From Hyaloraphidium curvatum SAG 235-1 (lineage: Eukaryota > Fungi > Monoblepharomycota), in assembly GCA_025558095.1 (NCBI GenBank), contig JAIVFI010000050.1:1-25664 (forward strand): a stretch of DNA of 25,664 nucleotides, given 5' to 3'. The notes beneath the pieces were generated by a model. That model saw nothing but the letters and a program-made list of their open reading frames with translations, ran no database searches and had not been told where the DNA came from. Shown here piece by piece: positions 19,894 through 25,664 of the stretch; within the stretch, counting starts at the first letter, position 1; each line of letters begins with the position of its first letter. Both the position numbers and the translations under genes were made by a program.

Positions 19894-20395
19894 ACCGCCG
19901 ATCGGAAGTAGGCGCGGCTTCGCGGGCGCGATCGGTTGTCCTCTGCGCCGCGATCGCCAGAGCGGCGTCGGCCGGCTCAAGCGAGCCCCTGGGGTCCACG
20001 GCAGACGGGGGGCTCGCAAAAGTCGACGAAGACTATACTTGGCGTCGTTCCTTCGGCGATCGGTGGGCCTGCCGATGCTTTAGTGGGCGGTAGACGGTGA
20101 AGAAGGGCGCGGAAACTCTTGAGAACTGAGGCGAAACCGACCGAGTTCAGCACCGACCCGACCCGCCTAGATCGCAATCAGCGGCGCCGGTAGCTTAAAC
20201 AGCTTCAACGGGGTGCTTGATGGTGCGATCGCGCGGCAGAGCCGCTTATCGGCTTTGGAAAGGAGGTGAAAGGCGGCGGGCGTTTTGTGGCAAACACGAG
20301 GTGTTTGGCGATCGCCGCGCCCTGCAATCGTCTGCCGCCCTTGCAACGAACCACCGTCTCCCCCGCACGCCCGAGCAGCCCGAGAGACAGCAGCC

Positions 20396-22513
20396 ATGGC
20401 CGCCGTGAGTGTCGCGACGAGGAGGACGCGGCGGACGCGGACGGGCGCGGAGGGGCGCGGCGGGCGCGCGGGGTGCCGTGGGAGACGGCGGCGGGAATCA
20501 CTCGGCCGCATCCGCGCGCGCCCGCGGCATCCGCGCCGCCGCCGCCCGCCGCGCGCGTCCGATTGCATGGCGTCCGGTCTGTGGCCGGCGTCGAGGGCGC
20601 AGGGCGGCCCGGGAACGGCCCCCCGCTCGCCCGCCTCGCGCTGCCCGCCGCCCGCTCCGCCTGCCCGAGGCCCCGGCTGACCGCTGACCGCCACGCGCAG
20701 TTCAACGACATTGTTGAGATCGACCTCAACGGGACCAAGACGCCCATCCACACCGGGCTCTTCATCAACGGCCAGTTCGTCAAGTCCAAGAGCGGCAAGA
20801 CCTTCCCGACCATCAACCCCGCCACCGGCGACATCAACGCCGAGGTGCAGGAGGCCGACAAGGAGGACGTCGACGCCGCCGTCGCCGCCTCCAAGGCCGC
20901 CCTCAAGGGCTGGTCCAAGGTCTCGGGCGCCGAGAGGGGCAAGCTGCTGTGGAAGCTCGCCGACCTCATCGAGCGCGACGTCGCCAAGCTCTCGGCCCTC
21001 GAGTCGCTCGACAACGGCGCCCACGCCAGCCTCGGTGCCGCCCTCGTCGGCGGTGCCCCGGCCTGCCTGCGCTACTTCGCCGGCTGGGCGGACAAGATCC
21101 ACGGCAAGGTCATGATGGACGAGCCCGGCTTCATGGTGCGTGCCGATGCTTCGCGTGCACGTCCCACACAGCCTCACCCCTCGCCCGCCAGAACTTCACC
21201 CGCCACGAGCCCTACGGCGTCTGCGGTGCCATCATCCCGTGGAACGCCCCCCTGCTGTGGGTTTCGTGCACCGTCGCCGCCGCCCGGCGCCGTTTCTCAC
21301 CGCTTCGGCGCACAGCATGCTCATCTGGAAGCTCGGCCCCGCCCTCGCCTGCGGCAACTGCATCACCGTCAAGTCCTCCGAGAAGACCCCCCTGACCGCG
21401 CTCCAGGTCGCCGCCCTCGTCAAGGAGGCCGGCATCCCCGACGGTGTCGTCAACATCATCAGCGGATACGGCCCGACCGCCGGCCAGGCCATCATCATGC
21501 ACCCTGACATCCACAAGGGTGCGTCCGCATCCGCTGGTCCCGTCGGCGCGGCCTTTGATGACCCGCCGCTCCGCAGTCGCCTTCACCGGCTCCGGCCGCA
21601 CCGGACGGCGCCTCCTCGAGGCCTCGGCCGCGTCCAACCTCAAGAAGGTCTCGCTCGAGCTCGGGGGCAAGTCGCCCTCGATCGTCTTCGCCGACGCCGA
21701 CCTCGACGCCGCGGTCCAGTGGACCAACATGGTACGCTCCCCGCCGCCCGCACCCAATGCGTCGAATCTCACCGCCGTTGTCCAGGGCATGTTCGCGCAC
21801 AACGGCCAGATCTGCGTCGCCAGCACCCGCGTCTACGTCGAGGAGAGCATCGCCGACAAGTTCCTCGAGAAGTACAAGGCCATGACCGCCGCCCAGAGGC
21901 CCGGCAACCAGTTCGACTCGACCTCGGCCCACGGCTCGATCGTCGACGAGATCCAGTTCAACAACGTGATGAAGTACATCGAGACCGGCAAGACCGAGGC
22001 CAAGCTCATCCAGGGCGGCAACCGCGTCGGCGAGAAGGGCTTCTTCATTGAGCCCACCATCTTCACCGAGGTGCCCGAGACCGCCAAGATCATGCGCGAG
22101 GAGATCTTCGGCCCCGTCGTGGCCATCAACACCTTCAAGACCGAGGAGGACGCCCTGGAGCGCGCCAACAACACCAACTGTGGGTGCCGGGCCGCCGGGG
22201 CCGCTTCTTCGGACTCTCGCTCACGTTTTCGATGCAGACGGTCTCGGTGCCGCCGTGTTCACCCGCGACATCAACAAGGCCATCCGCGTCTCGGCCGGCC
22301 TCCAGGCCGGCACCGTGTGGGTCAACTGCTACCAGGTCGTCAACAACAGCACGCCCTTCGGTTGGTTCCGCTTCGGCCCCGACCCTCGGGACGCTGCTAA
22401 CCGTGTTTTTGCTGGCAGGCGGCTACAAGGAGTCCGGCCAGGGCCGCGAGCTCGGCGAGTACGCCCTCGAGCTCTGGACCCAGGTCAAGGCCGTCAAGAT
22501 CAACCTCTCTTAG
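20396..22513 (+). CDS. Aldehyde dehydrogenase (ALDH1/2-like), 8 exons
   Basis: Exons 20396-20404, 20701-21135, 21192-21256, 21316-21518, 21577-21731, 21786-22179, 22238-22360 and 22419-22513 splice in frame. Motifs [28 protein letters not shown] (catalytic Glu), NGQIC (catalytic Cys), EEIFGPV and PFGGYKESG. Strong C/G third-position bias. Confidence 0.96.
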
Positions 22514-22727
22514 ATGGAGCAGGGTCGCAGTTGGAGTCGTTTGCTGTAAAGGATGGTCGTTTGAATCCAAGTGATCGCAATGTTGACGGGAGTGAGCGAG
22601 TCCTGTGCGCGGAGCAACGCCTCCCGCGGCCGCGTCGCGGACCAACGGAGTTTTCCCCCGAAGCACAAAAGCCCATTCCGCCTGCATCTCGACAGCGACT
22701 TCCGGAGCGACGAAAAGCACTCTCGAA

Positions 22728-23922
22728 ATGGCCTCCAGTCGGCCCGCGGACCCGTTCGACGCGGCCTTTCCCCTCAACCCCCTCGCTCCGTCCGGGAACG
22801 TCTCGCGCTTCGAGTGCGTCGCCCCCGCGGAAATGGCCGGTGGCGGCGTGGGATTCGCCTTCATGTACGGAGGCTACCTCAATGCGCTGGTGCTCAAGGC
22901 GGCAATGAGCGTCACGCGGCCGATGGGCTTCCCGCACCCGCTCCAGCTGAACATTGATTTCATCTCGGGTGTCAAGAAGGGCGAACGAATGGGTGCGGGC
23001 CCCAGCTTCGTTTTCGAGGAGTCTTGTCCATCCAGACTGACCGCTCGCCCTCATCGTGCAGAGATCGCCATCGAGATCACAAAGTCGACCCGGCGTCTCT
23101 GCTTTGTCCGAGCGACGCTCCGCTCCGGGTCCCCCTCCTCCGCGGATCCGCCCCTGGTGCTCACCGCCTCGGGCCTCTTTGGCACCCTCTCCTCGGGCGA
23201 CCCCGCGCGCGACGCCCCCACGCTGCTCGAGGGCCGGTACCGCCTCCCCGATCACCTCGCGCTGGTCCCCAGCCTGCGCTATCCGGACGCGATGAGGGGT
23301 GACCTGCTCGAAGAGGGCGTGGCGGCGATGCCTGGCAGGAAGGTGGCGCTGGGTGGCGTACCGGCGCTGAAGTACATGGACTTTTTCCGGGTCGGCTACT
23401 CGGACGAGGCGGTGCGTGCGGTCGGGAGGAGGGTGAGGGAGGGAGGGCTGCGGAGCGAGTCGTGGGAGGAGGTGCACCGCATGCCGTATATCGTCGGTGA
23501 GCACGCCTCGCTCCGTCAGCTTAGGTTGCGCTCATAAGGTCTGCGTCTCCCTTCCTTCGCAGCGCATCCGTCGGGCAGGAAGCCGGACCTCCTGTCGGCA
23601 GCGTTCTACTGCGACCCTCTTCCCTGCCGCAAAACATCTCTCCATCGGCCTCGGTCCCACCCTGCCGAGCGTCACCATCTCCCTCACCGTGCATTTCTGC
23701 AAGCCCGTCGACCCCGGCAGCCGCTTCTTGTACATGTGCAGCGGGGTGCCGTACGCGGACCGGGCGACGAGGGAGGCAGCGGCGGACGGGTACGTGGAGG
23801 GCTTCGAAAGCACGGTGTGGGGCGAGAAGGGGGAGCTGGTGTGCCTGCACCGGCAGCAGAGGCTGGTGACAGGGCGCGAGGTGGAGAGCAGGTTCGAGCA
23901 GCTGCAGAAAGCCTCCTTGTAG
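22728..23922 (+). CDS. Double-hotdog acyl-CoA thioesterase-like protein (TesB/4HBT_3-like; one frameshift near 23615)
   Basis: [14 protein letters not shown]...[12 protein letters not shown]...[17 protein letters not shown] is the first hotdog domain. [13 protein letters not shown]...[10 protein letters not shown]...[24 protein letters not shown] is the second. Introns 22993-23061 and 23497-23562. Ends QKASL*. Confidence 0.82.
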
Positions 23923-24198
23923 ACGACACATGCGATGCGCAATGAAAGAAGGAGTCAAAGTCTCTCACACGAGACGGATAGAACCAAGTCTCTCTCACCA
24001 CCGCACTCGCGCATGTATCGCCCCTGAAACCAAGAAGACAATGTACTGAAATTGTGTCGAACGATTCTCGAGTCTGCGATCTCGGGACGATCCCCAGCTA
24101 GTGAATCCGAGCGAATGGGTCGAATGGGACGCTGGTCCGATCGCGCCGCCCCCCATGCACCGCCAGACCGCTTGCCTGCGGCCCAGTCGAACACGGCG

Positions 24199-25664
24199 AT
24201 GGCGAACATCGCAGAGCCGTTCGATGACGATGGCTTGGAGCCGCCGCCCCCGGCTGCTTGGATGAGGGGTGGCAGGAGCCCGAAGACCCGGACCAACCGG
24301 AGGCAGAGGAAGACTGGGACGCGACGCCTGTCGACCTGTCAACGGCAGCGGCGCAGCCCGATTCCCCACTCTTCAATGCTCCCACCCGAAGTGCTCGTGC
24401 GCCTGACCGGCTGGCTCGGACCCCGTGTTTCGCCTGGCCACATCGGCTGGTCCGCGGCCAACCTTCTCTCTACGCCTGCAAGGCACTCGCCGAGCTAGGC
24501 CGCGACGTTACCGTGCAAACTGAATTCCTTGTAGGCGCCTATGGATGCCCGGATGCGGTCCTGGGCCTCGGCTCCTGGCTGAGGATGGCGTCGCCGGCCC
24601 CTGTTTTGGGCCCATCGCCCGCCGAGCCGGCACGGTGCCCCGTTTACCTGCTTCAGAGGCTCGTCCGGCGCCTTTTCTTTGCCAGCCGGACGGACTTGCT
24701 TCGCCGCCGCCTCGGGCATTCCTGGCCGAAACCTATCCTTCGCGGGTCTTTGACGCCCAGCCGGAGCCGCTTCAAGACGGACGACGAGCTCTTTCGACAC
24801 ATTGCCGTGACCGGCATGGTGCCTCTGCCAACATCTGATCAGGGAAGGGAGGCCGCGGGCTGGGCGGTGGAGAGCGACCCGGCGCTTACGGCCATGCTCA
24901 CGCTGAAGCTGCGCTACGTGCGTGCCCGTTGCCCTCGGACCCGGCGCGCCGTCGGCGGCATCCCTGGGTGTGTTCGGGAGACTCGAGAACGAAAACCTGG
25001 TGGAATGGCATCCTGCAGAGGATGGGCTCGTACCTGGTCTTGACATCAACCACGCACTCCTCCTCCATATGATCTTTACGGGGAGGAACGACGCGGTCCG
25101 CCGGCTGCTCGAGGTTGGCGTACACACGACACCGGACCAGCACAGGACCGGCTGGGTGTGGGAGGCCGCACGCAGCATCGGGCTCTGGGATCCGCAATCG
25201 CACGACGGCGATGACCCACCCGAGCACGGTGTAGAGCAGGAGCAGGAAGATGGCACGGAGTGGCTGGATCCGGAAGCTGCCGTTGCAAGGATCGTCATTC
25301 CCGGCCGTAACCTCCTTCGGGGCGTTCGGTCGCGAGGAAAGGTCCCTGCTCACTTGATCGAGGACATTATACGTACCCTTTGCGATGCTTCGGACAATCA
25401 TAAGGTCTACATGTACGACGTGGAAAGCTTGGACGATGATTCTGCAGTGAGTCGCACGCGCCGACGGGCTGTGACGGATGCAACCGAGGTGGCGGTCTTT
25501 TGTGCGAACCTCGAGCTCACAAGACTGCTCTTGAAGCACGAGCAAGAGACACGGGACCGATGGCGGACCCCGGACGGGAAAGCATGCCTCAGGAGGTGCC
25601 TCAGGCACGCCCGGAACAACGTCGAGCTGTACAAGATCGTCGAAAGCTACGCAGCGGATGTGGA
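24199..25664 (+). CDS. Hypothetical protein with acidic N-terminus, F-box-like segment and possible ankyrin-like helices (frameshifted, runs off the window)
   Basis: ATG 24199 (MANIAEPFDDDGLEP), an acidic tract, then SPLF..LPPEVLVRLTGWL (F-box-like L-P-x-E-V/I-L-x-x-L/I pattern). Later GRNDAVRRLLEVGV is ankyrin-like. Probable introns begin GTGCGT near 24918 and GTGAGT near 25447. The exon structure is not fully resolved. Confidence 0.45.

Noticed and set aside
20405-20700. TPP riboswitch or snoRNA in the long ALDH intron
   Set aside because: I could not find the conserved TPP aptamer cores or a convincing box C/D pair, and ALDH is not a thiamine gene. An Rfam scan would settle it.
22511-22549. 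Stop-codon readthrough producing a cryptic peroxisomal ALDH isoform
   Set aside because: The context is TAG-ATG, not TGA-CTA, and the extension would end ...WSRLL*, which is not a PTS1.
390-23620. Programmed ribosomal frameshifting or mass pseudogenisation as the cause of the frame breaks
   Set aside because: The breaks go in both directions, many sit in homopolymers or duplicated bases, I saw no consistent slippery heptamer, and catalytic motifs are intact. Sequencing error is more parsimonious.
1-25664. The many long overlapping Arg/Pro/Gly/Ala-rich ORFs in the six-frame track (e.g. 1471-2736 -, 13577-15364 -, 16678-18066 +, 20167-21177 -)
   Set aside because: They are shadow or antisense frames of real genes, expected at this GC content, and carry no family motifs.

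Overview
GC-rich, gene-dense eukaryotic DNA. It is almost certainly fungal: there is a Zn(II)2Cys6 cluster gene, and short GT..AG introns of about 45-75 nt carry CTRAC/CTCAC-type branch points. A GC-rich early-diverging zoosporic fungus such as a monoblepharid is a guess, not something the sequence proves. About 17 protein-coding genes can be reconstructed by hand. In order: FR47-like GNAT (partial), DUF1971 cupin, maleylacetate-reductase-like Fe-ADH, 2H cyclic phosphodiesterase, PhyH dioxygenase, secreted Cys-rich protein, SET methyltransferase, nitrobindin, CaMK-like kinase, IAH1-like SGNH esterase, redoxin-cold-shock-domain fusion, LEA_2-like membrane protein, Zn2Cys6 transcription factor, EEP phosphatase/nuclease, 8-exon ALDH, double-hotdog thioesterase and a truncated F-box-like orphan. 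Most genes carry 1-nt indels, many in homopolymers and densest at about 10-14 kb. This looks like long-read consensus error rather than pseudogenisation, so the supplied ORF track fragments most genes. The most notable items are: (i) an intronless, bacterial-type single-Cys redoxin fused to a cold-shock domain; (ii) a tight five-gene enzyme cluster at 1-4.5 kb with bacterial-looking members, two of which end in peroxisomal PTS1-like tripeptides; (iii) a secreted protein with an uncharacterised Cys/Trp/His module. I saw no RNA genes, CRISPR arrays or mobile elements. Family calls come from motif recognition, not database searches.
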